A stretch of 64,000 nucleotides of DNA from Lentimicrobiaceae bacterium (lineage in GTDB: Bacteria > Bacteroidota > Bacteroidia > Bacteroidales > UBA4417). The notes beneath the pieces were generated by a model. The model saw only the letters and a list, made by a program, of their open reading frames with translations. It was not told the DNA's origin and made no database searches. A program made the translations under genes and the position numbers. The stretch lies in contig JAPXLB010000003.1 of NCBI GenBank assembly GCA_033809755.1, positions 68,961 through 132,960 on the forward strand, written 5' to 3'. This document shows, in pieces, positions 17,852 to 28,591 of the stretch (position 1 is its first letter; each line of letters begins with the position of its first letter).

Positions 17852-17988
17852 GGCTATTAGCTGTTGGCTTTTTTGTGATTGGTGGTCAGTGGTGGTTGAT
17901 GAGTGTCCTGCACAATTCGACCATTCAACACGTAATATTAACCACGTAACACGTAACACGTAACACGCACCCCGCACCACGCAACTCC
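17852..17988. repeat. Mosaic heptamer block: TTAGC/TTGGC and GGTGATT-type modules, then (ACGTAAC)n/CCGCACC modules
   Basis: ggctattagctgttggc..gtgattggtggtcagtggtggttgatgagtg ... cacgtaacacgtaacacgtaacacgcaccccgcaccacgcaac. Confidence 0.8.
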
Positions 17989-18045
17989 AACTTCAAGGTT
18001 TTATCGGACAATAATGATTTTATAAGTTTTTAGAAAAAAAAACGC

Positions 18046-19713
18046 TTAACTCAATCCTTCAATATTTCCATCAACTATTTTAATGTTTTTAGCTTGTGGT
18101 TCCTTGGGTAGTCCGGGCATACGCATCATTTCGCCGGCAATAGCAACAATAAACTCCGAACCGTTGTTAATTACAATATCGTTGATTTTAAAAGTAAAAT
18201 CCTTTGCTACGCCGTATTGTTTCGGGTCGGCTGAGAACGAATATTGCGTTTTGGCAATACATACAGGCATTTTTTCTAATTCGGTACCCTTTATTTTTTG
18301 AAGTATTTTGTATGCTTTTTCGTTGAAAACAACATTTTTTGCTCCGTAAATATTAAGGGCAATTTTATTAACCTTAGTCTCAATAGAGTCGTCATCATCG
18401 TAAGTATAAATTAAATCTTTCGATGGGTTGTTTTCAATAATGTCAACCACCAATTTAGCCATATCAATAGCTCCTTCGCCACCTTTGGCAAATCCTTCGT
18501 TTATGGCAAAAGGCACGTTTTGGTTGCGACAATAATCTTCAATAAGTTTTAGTTCTTCTTCGGTATCGGTATGGAATTTATTTAGTGCAACAAGTACACT
18601 TTGTCCGAAATCTTTAAGGTTATCTAAGTGCTTTTGTAAGTTTTCGAATCCTTTTTTAAGACCTTCAATGTTTTCCTTTTCAATTTCGTTTAAAGGAACG
18701 TCACCGTGCATTTTGAGTCCCTGAGCAGTAACAACAACAACAGTTAGTTTAGGTTTTAGATTATTTTTACGACATTTAATATTAAAGAATTTTTCTGCAC
18801 CTAAATCAGCTCCGAAGCCTGCTTCTGTAATTACGTAGTCGCCATAAGTCATAGCCATTTTTGTAGCTAAAACAGAATTGCAACCATGCGCAATATTGGC
18901 AAAAGGTCCGCCATGAACAAAAGCCGGTGTGTTTTCGGTAGTTTGAACCAAGTTGGGCGAAATGGCATCTTTCATCAAGACTGTTATAGCTCCTTGAATT
19001 TCCAAGTCTTTTACCATAAACGGTTCTCCATCAAAAGTATATCCTAGCAATATATCGCCAATACGTCTTTCCAAATCAACTTCATCAACTGCAAGGCATA
19101 AAATAGCCATAAGCTCCGAAGCGGCTGTTATATCAAATCCAGACTCCATTGGAACGCCATTGGAAGGTCCGTTTAAACCTGTAACCACATAGCGTAAATT
19201 GCGGTCGTTTACATCGAGAACTCTTTTCCAAACTACTTCTTTTAAAGCCTTATCTCCCGATCTATTTCGCCAAATATAATTGTCAAGCACAGCCGAAATA
19301 GTGTTGTGAGCCGAAGTTACTGCATGAAAATCGCCTGTAAAATGCAAGTTTATGTTTTCCATTGGCAAAACTTGCGAATAACCGCCACCAGCTGCTCCGC
19401 CTTTCATTCCAAATACTGGTCCCAACGAAGGTTCACGCAAGGTTACTATGGCGTTTTTGCCTATTCTATTAAGTCCTAAAGCCAAACTTATTGACATAGT
19501 TGTTTTTCCAATACCTTTCTTGGTTGGCGTTATGGCAGTAACTAATATTAAGTTGCTTTTGGCTACTTTTTCATCGTCTATAAGTCGTACCGGCAATTTA
19601 GCCATATACGGTCCGTAATTTTGTACATCGTCTTTTGGAACACCTATTTGATGAGCAACATTTTTAATTTTTTCAAGTTTTGTCTCTCTAGCTATCTGTA
19701 TGTCTGTCTTCAT
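18046..19713 (-). CDS. fhs: Formate--tetrahydrofolate ligase
   Basis: 555 aa. [38 protein letters not shown] and [14 protein letters not shown]. Confidence 0.95.
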   Translation of the reverse strand: MKTDIQIARETKLEKIKNVAHQIGVPKDDVQNYGPYMAKLPVRLIDDEKVAKSNLILVTAITPTKKGIGKTTMSISLALGLNRIGKNAIVTLREPSLGPVFGMKGGAAGGGYSQVLPMENINLHFTGDFHAVTSAHNTISAVLDNYIWRNRSGDKALKEVVWKRVLDVNDRNLRYVVTGLNGPSNGVPMESGFDITAASELMAILCLAVDEVDLERRIGDILLGYTFDGEPFMVKDLEIQGAITVLMKDAISPNLVQTTENTPAFVHGGPFANIAHGCNSVLATKMAMTYGDYVITEAGFGADLGAEKFFNIKCRKNNLKPKLTVVVVTAQGLKMHGDVPLNEIEKENIEGLKKGFENLQKHLDNLKDFGQSVLVALNKFHTDTEEELKLIEDYCRNQNVPFAINEGFAKGGEGAIDMAKLVVDIIENNPSKDLIYTYDDDDSIETKVNKIALNIYGAKNVVFNEKAYKILQKIKGTELEKMPVCIAKTQYSFSADPKQYGVAKDFTFKINDIVINNGSEFIVAIAGEMMRMPGLPKEPQAKNIKIVDGNIEGLS

Positions 19714-19843
19714 ATTTTAGTATGTGTGTTTGTGGTTAAAAGTTAATATTTATTGCTATTTGAATTGTGCACATTTTGGCACAAAAAGAGTACCATTTGT
19801 TGTAATAATGACCTTTTGTCTTTGAATTTGAAACTAAATTATG

Positions 19844-21304
19844 TTAATTTTCATTTTCTCTACTTTTAATAAGCATTGCAAATGATTTTAACTTGAATAA
19901 GCCTAATAAAACTGCCAATAAAAGTGAGATTAACCCTACCAATAAAAATTCGGCAATCCAATTATAATCAATATATTTAAATATTACATTTACTGCAATA
20001 ATTGATAGTACAAAAGCAACAACTCTTGCAATAAACCCTTTTGAAATTTTGATTTTAAAAATTTTGATGACTAATATAATTTGAACAATTGCCGTAAAAA
20101 ATTGTGTTGTAACACTTGCTACAGCCGAGCCCAAAGCCATATACTTGGGTATTAGTATCAAGTTTATTACTAAGTTGATAGTCAAAGCAATAGCCGATAC
20201 AATATTAAGTTCGCGTAAATTGTTGTTTGCCGTAAGGAGTGTTCCGAAAATGTAAACCATTCCAACAGGAATACAGCACAATATTATTATTTTGAAAACT
20301 GCAGTTGATTCGGCTTGCTGACTGTGATATAACAAATCAATAATATCGCTTCCGTAGAATGAAGATTGTATGCCAGCAATAATAACAAATGTAAAAAGCA
20401 ATACAAACGAGGTTTTGATTATTTCGGTAACATTTTGTTTTTCTTTTATTAACCTTGAAAAAATCGGTAATAAAAGGACTGAAAATAAATACGAAACCAT
20501 ATTTACGGCGTCTAACCATCGGAATGCTTTACCGTAGACGTTTGCCTGACTTGTTCCTAAATTATCTCCCAATAATCTTTCAAGCATCACGGCATCAATG
20601 CGATTGTAGAACGACATTAACAGAACCAATAATGCGAAAGGCAGACTTTTTTTCAGTATTACCAAGAAAAAAGTATAATTCCACGTTAATCTTCTGAATT
20701 TAGATTTTCGTGCAACGATGACAAAGGCAACCAAAGCCGTTAGTACGTACGAAGCAGTCTGTGCGTAAATAAACCAAAGTATATCAAATTGTTTTTCGGT
20801 TATTCTGCCCCAAATCAAAACGCTACATATTACTATCATTAGGGTTCGGTCAAGTACCGAAATAATACTATCGGTTTTGAACATCAATAAACCCGAAATA
20901 TTCGACCTTAGATATAATATCAGCGAAGCTAAAAATTGATTTAACGCCAAGAAAAACAAGAAGTACAAGTGTTGTTTATCGTAGCCAATGATAAGGGCTA
21001 CAGCATAAATAATCACGAAGTAAACCATTCCCAAAATAAACCTTATAACTATTAAGCTGCTAAAGTGTTTATTCAAAAGGAAACTATTTTGTGCAATGTT
21101 TCTGTTGTTAAAATTTGTAATCCCGAAATCTAAAATAATATTGAAAAGGAAAGAAAAATTAAGTATAGAAAAGTACAAGCCGTACTGCTCAGGCGAAACT
21201 ATATTTTGAACAGTCCTGTCTATACCGAATATCCATATGGGTTTTACCAAGAAATTCAGTAAAAGCAGAAATATTAAATTAGTTACAAATTTTCGTTTAA
21301 ACAT
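19844..21304 (-). CDS. MOP/Wzx-type polysaccharide flippase
   Basis: Polytopic membrane protein in a glycosyltransferase cluster. I prefer the start MFKRKF at 21304, because the 31-codon extension to 21397 runs into the intergenic repeat. Confidence 0.7.
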   Translation of the reverse strand: MFKRKFVTNLIFLLLLNFLVKPIWIFGIDRTVQNIVSPEQYGLYFSILNFSFLFNIILDFGITNFNNRNIAQNSFLLNKHFSSLIVIRFILGMVYFVIIYAVALIIGYDKQHLYFLFFLALNQFLASLILYLRSNISGLLMFKTDSIISVLDRTLMIVICSVLIWGRITEKQFDILWFIYAQTASYVLTALVAFVIVARKSKFRRLTWNYTFFLVILKKSLPFALLVLLMSFYNRIDAVMLERLLGDNLGTSQANVYGKAFRWLDAVNMVSYLFSVLLLPIFSRLIKEKQNVTEIIKTSFVLLFTFVIIAGIQSSFYGSDIIDLLYHSQQAESTAVFKIIILCCIPVGMVYIFGTLLTANNNLRELNIVSAIALTINLVINLILIPKYMALGSAVASVTTQFFTAIVQIILVIKIFKIKISKGFIARVVAFVLSIIAVNVIFKYIDYNWIAEFLLVGLISLLLAVLLGLFKLKSFAMLIKSRENEN

Positions 21305-21377
21305 TTTTGTTTGAAATAAAACAAACGTCAAAAGTAAACAAAATCTTAATTTGCAAGTGTTTTTATTTATTATATAT

Positions 21378-21452
21378 AGCTTTTGACTATTAGCCATTAG
21401 CTTTTAGCTAAACTAAGAACAGCCAACAGCTAAGGGCTAACGGCTAATTGCC
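21378..21452. repeat. Heptamer-arm hairpin (TTAGC-type arm / GCTAA-type arm)
   Basis: agcttttgactattagccattagcttttagc - loop - gccaacagctaagggctaacggctaattgcc. Confidence 0.8.
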
Positions 21453-21543
21453 AAATAAATATTTTGTATTTTTACAGTCTGATATCTTTTTTAGATAAAA
21501 ATTTATTAAATTTGCAACATAAAAACTAATAGAACTAAAAGAC

Positions 21544-22671
21544 TTGAAAATAGCAGTTAATACTCGATTATTACTTCCGGACAAGATAGACGGCATAGGC
21601 ATGTTTACCCGCGAAACTATGAAAATTATAGTTCAGGAAAATCCGGAACATAAGTTTTATTTTTTGTTCGACAGGTGTTACGATTCGCAGTACATATTTT
21701 CCGATAATGTCAAGCCCGTAGTGATACCACCACCTACAAGGCATCCTATACTGACTAACACTTGGTTTCATTGTTGTTTACCTTTGGTTTTCAAAAGAAT
21801 AAAACCTGATTTATTTATATCTACCGATGGAATATTATCGGCTAACACTAAGGTAAAGCAACTTTCGGTTATACACGATTTGAATTTTGAGCACAATCCC
21901 GATGACTTGCCTAAGGTTTATTTGAAATTTTACAAGAAAAACATACCTGCAAGCGTAAAAAGAGCGGTTAGAGTTGCTACTGTTTCCGAGTTTTCAAAGC
22001 AAGATATAGCTAAAATTTACAATTACGATTTAGATAAAATTGACGTAGTGGGCAACGGTGCAAACGAGAAATTTGTACCAAGCGTTTTTTCGGAACGTCA
22101 AAATATTAAGGAAAAATACACCGATGGCGACGAATACTTCGTATTTGTCGGTTCAATGCACCCACGTAAAAACCTTAGCAGACTGTTTGTGGCTTACGAC
22201 GAATTTTGCTCCGAAAGTCCGAGAAAAGCCAAATTGGTTGTAGTTGGAAGAAAAATGTGGTGGACAAGCGAAATAAACAACGTGTATAATAACATGAAAC
22301 ACAAAGACAATGTTGTGTTTACAGGCAGAGTCCCTGACGACGAACTTGTTTTGTTGATAGGCTCGGCTTTGGCAAGTGTTTATGTATCGTTGTTTGAAGG
22401 TTTTGGTATTCCTATTGTTGAAAGTTTTGCTTGCAATGTGCCTGTAATTACTTCAAACATTACATCTATGCCCGAAATTGCCGGCGATGCAGCTATTTTG
22501 TGTGATCCCTACTCCATTGATAGCATAAAAAATGCTTTAATCACTGTTGCCAACAACGATTCGCTCAGATTAAGTTTAATCGAAAAAGGTATAAAACGAT
22601 TAGAAAATTACTCTTGGGAAAAATCGGCACACAAACTTTGGGACTGTGCTATGAAAGCACTTGAAGAGTAA
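21544..22671 (+). CDS. Glycosyltransferase (GT4/GT1-fold)
   Basis: 375 aa with a TTG start. C-terminal EGFGIPIVESFACNVPVITSN is the E-x7-E retaining-GT motif. Confidence 0.8.
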   Translation: MKIAVNTRLLLPDKIDGIGMFTRETMKIIVQENPEHKFYFLFDRCYDSQYIFSDNVKPVVIPPPTRHPILTNTWFHCCLPLVFKRIKPDLFISTDGILSANTKVKQLSVIHDLNFEHNPDDLPKVYLKFYKKNIPASVKRAVRVATVSEFSKQDIAKIYNYDLDKIDVVGNGANEKFVPSVFSERQNIKEKYTDGDEYFVFVGSMHPRKNLSRLFVAYDEFCSESPRKAKLVVVGRKMWWTSEINNVYNNMKHKDNVVFTGRVPDDELVLLIGSALASVYVSLFEGFGIPIVESFACNVPVITSNITSMPEIAGDAAILCDPYSIDSIKNALITVANNDSLRLSLIEKGIKRLENYSWEKSAHKLWDCAMKALEE

Positions 22672-22689
22672 AACAATAGAACTCTTCTT

Positions 22690-23718
22690 TTAATTTATAA
22701 TATTAACTTCCGGACTTAGTTTTACGTTAAACCTATCGTAAACTGTGTTTACAATGTTTTCTGCAAGATTAACAATATCACTACCTTGAGCATTGCCGTA
22801 ATGCACAAGAATTAATGCTTGTTTGTCGTACACACCGACGTTGCCAAAGCGTTTACCTTTAAAACCGCAAGTGTCTATCAACCAAGCTGCTGCTAACTTC
22901 GATGTATCATCGCCTTGCTTGTAATAAGGCATATTGGGATATTTTTCCAACAGCTTTTGCAAATGCTCGTTATCAATAATAGGATTTTTGAAAAAACTGC
23001 CTGCACTGCCTAAAACATTAGTATCGGGTAGTTTTTCTTGCCTAATGGCAATAACTGCGTTGTAAACATCTTTAATATTTGGATTTGTAATTCCTTGTCG
23101 GCTCAAACGCTCGTTAATATTGCCATAGCTAGTATTAACGACACTGTTTAAATTAAGTTTAAAAGTAACAGAAGTTATAATAAACTGTCCTTTGAGTTTT
23201 GTTTTAAATATAGACGAACGATAAGCGAAATCGCAATCGGATTTACCTATGACTTCGATTTTAAGCGTATTCAGATTTAAAAATTCAACTTCTTCTATCA
23301 CATCTTTAACTTCAACACCATACGCACCAATGTTTTGTATTGGCGAAGCTCCGACTTTTCCGGGAATTAGAGCCAAATTCTCAATACCGCCGTAGCCGTT
23401 ATTAACAGCCCAAGTAACAAAGTCGTGCCACACTTCGCCGGCTTCAACCTTAACAAAAACATTTTTATCGGTCTTGTTTAGTATTTTCGAACCTTTGGTG
23501 TTCATGTGCAGCATCAGTCCATCAAAATTATTTGTCAATAAAATGTTGCTGCCACCACTTAAAATAAATAACTTTGCCGAAAAATTATCTAACACTCTGT
23601 GATTTATGAGTTCGGATATTTGCTCTCGGTTGCTTACAGAAAAGAAATATCGCGTGGTGTAGTCTAAATTAAAAGTGTTGTAATTTTTCAAATTTATGTT
23701 TTCGGCAAGTGTAATCAT
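22690..23718 (-). CDS. murB: UDP-N-acetylenolpyruvoylglucosamine reductase
   Basis: 342 aa. LSGGSNILL, PGKVGASPIQNIGAYGVE and GSAGSFFKNP. Confidence 0.9.
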   Translation of the reverse strand: MITLAENINLKNYNTFNLDYTTRYFFSVSNREQISELINHRVLDNFSAKLFILSGGSNILLTNNFDGLMLHMNTKGSKILNKTDKNVFVKVEAGEVWHDFVTWAVNNGYGGIENLALIPGKVGASPIQNIGAYGVEVKDVIEEVEFLNLNTLKIEVIGKSDCDFAYRSSIFKTKLKGQFIITSVTFKLNLNSVVNTSYGNINERLSRQGITNPNIKDVYNAVIAIRQEKLPDTNVLGSAGSFFKNPIIDNEHLQKLLEKYPNMPYYKQGDDTSKLAAAWLIDTCGFKGKRFGNVGVYDKQALILVHYGNAQGSDIVNLAENIVNTVYDRFNVKLSPEVNIIN

Positions 23719-23794
23719 TAGTAAGCTGATATAATAATTTTAAACAAAAGTAGTTATATTTTTTATAAGACAAGTAATAAGCCCAAATATAGCG

Positions 23795-24910
23795 ATGAAA
23801 AAAAAAGTATTAATATCGGTAACAAACGATTTGGTTAGCGACAATCGCATAGCCAAAACTGCCGATGTGCTTTACGATATGGGTTTCGAAGTCGTTATGA
23901 TTGGCAGAAAAAGGCGTAAAAGTCCGCCTATGCCCGAAAGAAAATACAAAACCAAACGAATGAAGCTTATTTTTGAAAAAGGACCTTTGTTCTACGCCGA
24001 ATACAATATCCGTTTGTTTTTTTTTCTGTGTTTTAACAAGTTTGATTTGTTGGTAAGCAACGATTTGGATACTCTTTTACCTAATTATCTCATTCACAAA
24101 ATCAGACGAACTAATTTGGTTTACGATTCGCACGAGTACTACACCGAAACTCCCGAACTTACAGACAGAAAAACTGTACAAAATATTTGGAAGTTTATTG
24201 AAAGAAAAACCGTACCCAACTTAAAGCACCTGATTACAGTCAGCGATGGCATTAGCGATTTATTTTATCAAAAATACAAAGTTAAGTTTGAAGTTGTAAG
24301 GAACATCCCCCAACCTATTATTGTTGATAAAATCAAGAGCAGAAAGGAGCTTGGTTTGCCCGAAAACACTCCTATTCTACTGCTACAAGGAGCAGGCATA
24401 AATATTGATAGGGGTGCGGAAGAACTTGTTATGGCAATGCCAAAAATTGATGCTTTGCTTCTGATTATTGGTTCGGGAGATGTTATCCCAAAATTAAAAA
24501 ATATGGTTGCCGATATGAAATTAGAAGACAAGATTTGGTTCATCGACCGAATGCCGAAGGAGGAATTGTACAGCTACACTAAAAATGCAACCATTGGATT
24601 ATCAATAGATAAGGATACTAATGTAAATTACCGCTACAGCTTGCCCAATAAGTTGTTCGACTATATTTATGCCGAACTTCCGATTATGGCTTCCAATTTA
24701 GCTGAAGTGAGCAAAATAGTCAACGAATATCAAATCGGATGTATATTGCCAAGTCATAGTACTGAAGACATTGCTAGTACCGCAAACAAAATGCTTAGCG
24801 ACAAAGAACAATTAGGTATATTTGCAAAAAATTGCGTTACTGCTAAAGAAACCTTAAATTGGGAGACGGAAAAGCAAACTTTAATAAAAATTTTTGAGAA
24901 TTTTGTTTAA
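23795..24910 (+). CDS. Glycosyltransferase (GT1-fold)
   Basis: 371 aa. The N-terminal beta-alpha start (KKVLISVTNDLVSDNR), the C-terminal LPNKLFDYIYAELPIMASN and the cluster context. Confidence 0.7.
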   Translation: MKKKVLISVTNDLVSDNRIAKTADVLYDMGFEVVMIGRKRRKSPPMPERKYKTKRMKLIFEKGPLFYAEYNIRLFFFLCFNKFDLLVSNDLDTLLPNYLIHKIRRTNLVYDSHEYYTETPELTDRKTVQNIWKFIERKTVPNLKHLITVSDGISDLFYQKYKVKFEVVRNIPQPIIVDKIKSRKELGLPENTPILLLQGAGINIDRGAEELVMAMPKIDALLLIIGSGDVIPKLKNMVADMKLEDKIWFIDRMPKEELYSYTKNATIGLSIDKDTNVNYRYSLPNKLFDYIYAELPIMASNLAEVSKIVNEYQIGCILPSHSTEDIASTANKMLSDKEQLGIFAKNCVTAKETLNWETEKQTLIKIFENFV

Positions 24911-26039
24911 TCACATACATATAGTTTCGTTCAATGTGCCTTCGCCACCTAATTACGGCGGTGTTATCGACGTTTATTACAAACTTAAGCATTTGCACGA
25001 ATTAGGAATAAAAATACATCTGCACTGCTTTGTATACAATCGTTTGCCCGACCCGGAACTAAACAATTTTTGCGAAAAAGTTTACTATTACGACAGAAAT
25101 ACCAATCCTTTGCTAAATTTTTGCAAAACGCCTTATATAGTTTTAAGTCGAAAATCGGAAAAACTGCTTAATAACTTGCTGGCAGATGACGCTCCTATCC
25201 TTTTTGAAGGAATGCACAGTTGTTACTATATAAACAATAAAAAGCTCAAGGATAGATTGTTAATATATCGCGAAAGCAATATAGAGCACAATTATTACAT
25301 GCAGTTGTGCAAAGCCGAAAGTAAGATTTACAAAAAATTATTCTATTTTGTTGAAAGTCTGAAACTTAAGCGTTTTGAAAAACAGCTTTCGCATTCAAAG
25401 CTGATGTTTGCCGTTTCTAAAAGCGATTACGATTATTTGCAAGATAAGTTCCCAGATAACAAGGTTGTGTATCTGCCTAGCTTTCATGCCAATAATGATG
25501 TGATGAGCAAATCGGGCAAAGGCGATTACGTTTTGTATCATGGCAATTTGTCGGTTGCCGAAAACGAAAAAGCTGCAATTTACTTGATAGCAAATGTTTT
25601 TGAGCAAATGCCCGATACAAAATTTGTCATAGCAGGTTTAAATCCTAGTCAGCGATTAAAAAACAAAGTTGCGACATGTGATAACATTAAACTTGTCGAA
25701 AGTCCTGATAGTCAGACCATGCAAAATTTGATTGCCAATGCACAAATACATATTATGTTTACATTTCAGGCAACAGGTTTAAAACTCAAACTTTTAAACA
25801 CCTTATATTCAGGCAGATACGTTATTTGTAACGACAAAATGCTAAGCGGAACAGGATTAGAAGATTTATGTATTACCGCCAATAATCCGACTGAAATAAT
25901 TTCTGAAATTGATAATTACACGAACACGGAATTTAGCGTTTCGGATATTGAAAAACGCAAAGCAGTTTTGTCTGAAAACTACAGTAATAAAAGAAATGCC
26001 GAAAAATTAGTATCGGAGATAAAAAAGGTGAGCTTATAA
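24894..26039 (+). CDS. Putative glycosyltransferase
   Basis: 381 aa. VPSPPNYGGVIDVYYK start and GT-B-like C-terminal half. It overlaps the upstream GT by 17 nt. Confidence 0.55.
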   Translation: MRILFNHIHIVSFNVPSPPNYGGVIDVYYKLKHLHELGIKIHLHCFVYNRLPDPELNNFCEKVYYYDRNTNPLLNFCKTPYIVLSRKSEKLLNNLLADDAPILFEGMHSCYYINNKKLKDRLLIYRESNIEHNYYMQLCKAESKIYKKLFYFVESLKLKRFEKQLSHSKLMFAVSKSDYDYLQDKFPDNKVVYLPSFHANNDVMSKSGKGDYVLYHGNLSVAENEKAAIYLIANVFEQMPDTKFVIAGLNPSQRLKNKVATCDNIKLVESPDSQTMQNLIANAQIHIMFTFQATGLKLKLLNTLYSGRYVICNDKMLSGTGLEDLCITANNPTEIISEIDNYTNTEFSVSDIEKRKAVLSENYSNKRNAEKLVSEIKKVSL

Positions 26040-26723
26040 ATCTTCAAATCTAACGTCATCAACTCTGCCCCTGTCGCATCTTAAAATTCTGGCAGGAAAT
26101 TGTTGTAGCAGTTGGTAATTGTGCGTAGCCATAAACACTGCTCTACCCGATTTGCTTATATCGTACAATATTTTCATAATTTCGTAAGAAGTCTCGGGGT
26201 CTAAGTTTCCTGTGGGTTCGTCGGCTAAAATTAGCTCCGGATCGTTGATTAATGCTCGTGCAATAGCTACACGTTGCTGTTCGCCACCCGAAAGCTCGTG
26301 TGGTTTTTTAAAACCCTTTGTGATAAGACCGACCTTGTCTAACACTTCGTTGAGCCGATATCGCATAGCTTCTTGCTTTTTCCAACCTGTGGCACGCATA
26401 ACAAAAAGTAAATTATCGTTGACCGAACGGTCGTAAAGCAACTGAAAATCTTGGAAAACAATACCTAACTTGCGTCTTAAAAACGGAATTTCTTTGCGTT
26501 TCAATTCATATAAATTAATTCCCGAAACATTAATTTCTCCTTGCAAAAGAGGAATATCGGCGTAAAGTGTTTTAAGCAGACTGCTTTTTCCCGTTCCGGT
26601 TTTCCCGACCAAATACACAAATTCGCCTTTGTTTATGCTAATATTGACATCAGAAAGAATTAGTATATCTTTTTGATAAATGTAGGCGTTTTTAGTTTCT
26701 AAAATCTTATCCGAAATAATCAT
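26034..26723 (-). CDS. ftsE: Cell-division ABC ATPase FtsE
   Basis: 229 aa. Walker [10 protein letters not shown], signature [15 protein letters not shown], Walker [13 protein letters not shown]. Confidence 0.85.
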   Translation of the reverse strand: MIISDKILETKNAYIYQKDILILSDVNISINKGEFVYLVGKTGTGKSSLLKTLYADIPLLQGEINVSGINLYELKRKEIPFLRRKLGIVFQDFQLLYDRSVNDNLLFVMRATGWKKQEAMRYRLNEVLDKVGLITKGFKKPHELSGGEQQRVAIARALINDPELILADEPTGNLDPETSYEIMKILYDISKSGRAVFMATHNYQLLQQFPARILRCDRGRVDDVRFEDL

Positions 26724-26767
26724 GCAACAAAGGTAAACAGAATACTTAAATAATCGTCAAATATAAA

Positions 26768-27343
26768 TTATTTTATCAAACCTGCAAATCCCATAAAAGC
26801 CATAGAAAGCAGACCTGCCGTAATGAGCACAATAGGATGACCTTTCATTTTTTCGGGGATATTGACAAGTTCTAGCTGCTCGCGAATACCTGCAAGAAGT
26901 ACCAATGCAAGAGTAAAACCAAGTGCCGTTGCCGACGAGTATACAACGCTTTCTATTAAATTATAGTCTTTTTGAATTGCCAAAATTGCTATACCCAATA
27001 CAGCGCAGTTGGTCGTTATAAGTGGTAAAAATATTCCTAACGCTTGATACAAAGCCGGTGCAGATTTTTTTAGTATTATTTCTACTACTTGTACCAAAAA
27101 TGCGATTATTAAAATAAATGATATTGTTTGCAGAAACTCAATATGCAGTGGAACCAAAATAAAATTATGAACCAGATACGTTACCAAATTCGCCATTGTC
27201 ATTACAAAAACAACAGCCATTCCCATACCAAGCGAAGTGTTGACTTTATTCGACACTCCCAAAAAAGGACATATCCCTAAAAATTGCACCAATACAACAT
27301 TATTGACTAATAAGGCGACAATTATAATTTTAATAATATCCAT
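26768..27343 (-). CDS. rnfA: Rnf electron-transport complex subunit A
   Basis: NNVVLVQFLGICPFLGVS and LITTNCAVLG. Last gene of the rnfBCDGEA cluster. Confidence 0.9.
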   Translation of the reverse strand: MDIIKIIIVALLVNNVVLVQFLGICPFLGVSNKVNTSLGMGMAVVFVMTMANLVTYLVHNFILVPLHIEFLQTISFILIIAFLVQVVEIILKKSAPALYQALGIFLPLITTNCAVLGIAILAIQKDYNLIESVVYSSATALGFTLALVLLAGIREQLELVNIPEKMKGHPIVLITAGLLSMAFMGFAGLIK

Positions 27344-27385
27344 AGTGATTTAATTTTTATTGTTTTTATAAATTGCGATTTGTAA

Positions 27386-27979
27386 CTATTTCTTTTTTCT
27401 CAATACTTTTGTTAGAGCTATTAAGTAGCCGAAAGTGAAAAATGCACCCGGAGGCAAAACAAATAGCAGTATGGTTGTGGCATCGGCAGGAAGCAATCTT
27501 ATATCGAATATACTACCGTTGCCTAAAATTTCTCTAAAACTACCCATAAGTACAAGAGCCAATGTAAAACCTATTCCCATTCCCAATCCGTCTAACATTG
27601 AAGGAATTATTTTGTTTTTCTGAGCAAAGGCTTCGGCACGTCCTAAAATAATGCAGTTCACAACAATTAGAGGAATAAAAATTCCCAACGAATTGTATAA
27701 ATCCGGGAGGTACGCTTTCATTGACAAATCGACAATAGTAACAAAAGCAGCGATTACAGTAATAAACGCTACTATACGAACCTTGTCGGGTATAAAGTTT
27801 TTTAATGCAGAAATAAGTACATTCGAGCATAATAAAACAAAGGTCGTAGCCAATCCCATACCTAAACCGTTCGTGGCAGAAGTTGTTACCGCCAATGTCG
27901 GACAGGTACCTAACACCAAAACAAAAGCAGGGTTTTCTTTTATTATGCCTTTTGTAAAATGTTTAACATTATCATTCAT
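27386..27979 (-). CDS. rnfE: Rnf complex subunit E
   Basis: NPAFVLVLGTCPTLAVTTSATNGLGMGLAT and IPLIVVNCIILGRAEAFA. Confidence 0.9.
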   Translation of the reverse strand: MNDNVKHFTKGIIKENPAFVLVLGTCPTLAVTTSATNGLGMGLATTFVLLCSNVLISALKNFIPDKVRIVAFITVIAAFVTIVDLSMKAYLPDLYNSLGIFIPLIVVNCIILGRAEAFAQKNKIIPSMLDGLGMGIGFTLALVLMGSFREILGNGSIFDIRLLPADATTILLFVLPPGAFFTFGYLIALTKVLRKKK

Positions 27980-28002
27980 CTCAGTATATTTTATTTTAAT
28001 GC

Positions 28003-28581
28003 CTAAGCATCTTTATTTAATAATTCTTGTAATGCGTTGTAAGCTTTTTGGACTCCGTCGCAGAAGGCTCTAGTTGTTACTGTTGAAGCAGTTATTGCAT
28101 CAATTGTTCCACCGTCTTTTTTAACACCCAAATTGCTATTCGGAAGCTCTTTAATTTTCAGACCCGAAAACTGTTTCATAAAACCATCTTCAGTCATTTT
28201 TGAGCCCAATCCTGGGGTTTCGTTATGACTTAAAACAACTATTTTGTTTATGCTACAATCGGGATTGAATCCAACCATCAAGTCGAATCTGCCGCCGTAG
28301 CCCATATTAGTATATGTTTTTATCGCGTATCCTACAGTATCGGTTCCGTTCAAACCGACATATACCACCATGTCGTTGATAGTTTGTGGGTCTATAGTCG
28401 GGTCGTTATCAAAATTAGGAATTACGTTTTTTATGGCACTTACTTCTTTTTCCCTATTAGTTTTTTGTATCGGCTCTTGAGTTACCCCATAAACAAAACT
28501 AAGAGCCGTAGCTACAACAGCAGTAATAATAACTAACGAAAGAACCATATTTGGTAACGTTGAAGGTAATTTCTTGCTCAT
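28003..28581 (-). CDS. rnfG: Rnf complex subunit G (FMN-binding)
   Basis: NETPGLGSK and GGTIDAITASTVTTRA (FMN-attachment region). I prefer the start MSKKLP at 28581, because the longer ORF to 28671 overlaps rnfD. Confidence 0.85.
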   Translation of the reverse strand: MSKKLPSTLPNMVLSLVIITAVVATALSFVYGVTQEPIQKTNREKEVSAIKNVIPNFDNDPTIDPQTINDMVVYVGLNGTDTVGYAIKTYTNMGYGGRFDLMVGFNPDCSINKIVVLSHNETPGLGSKMTEDGFMKQFSGLKIKELPNSNLGVKKDGGTIDAITASTVTTRAFCDGVQKAYNALQELLNKDA

Positions 28582-28591
28582 TATAGTTGAT

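Noticed and set aside
15628-18045. Paralogue array as a tRNA-integrated mobile element
   Set aside because: I could not find a direct repeat of the tRNA-Arg 3' end on the far side of the array, and there is no integrase. The tRNA adjacency is noted only as context.
21305-21397. N-terminal extensions of the flippase (21305-21397), rnfG (28582-28671) and osmC (46040-46096)
   Set aside because: The extensions run into an intergenic repeat, overlap the upstream gene, or encode an implausible hydrophobic leader. Internal Met starts give family-typical N-termini.
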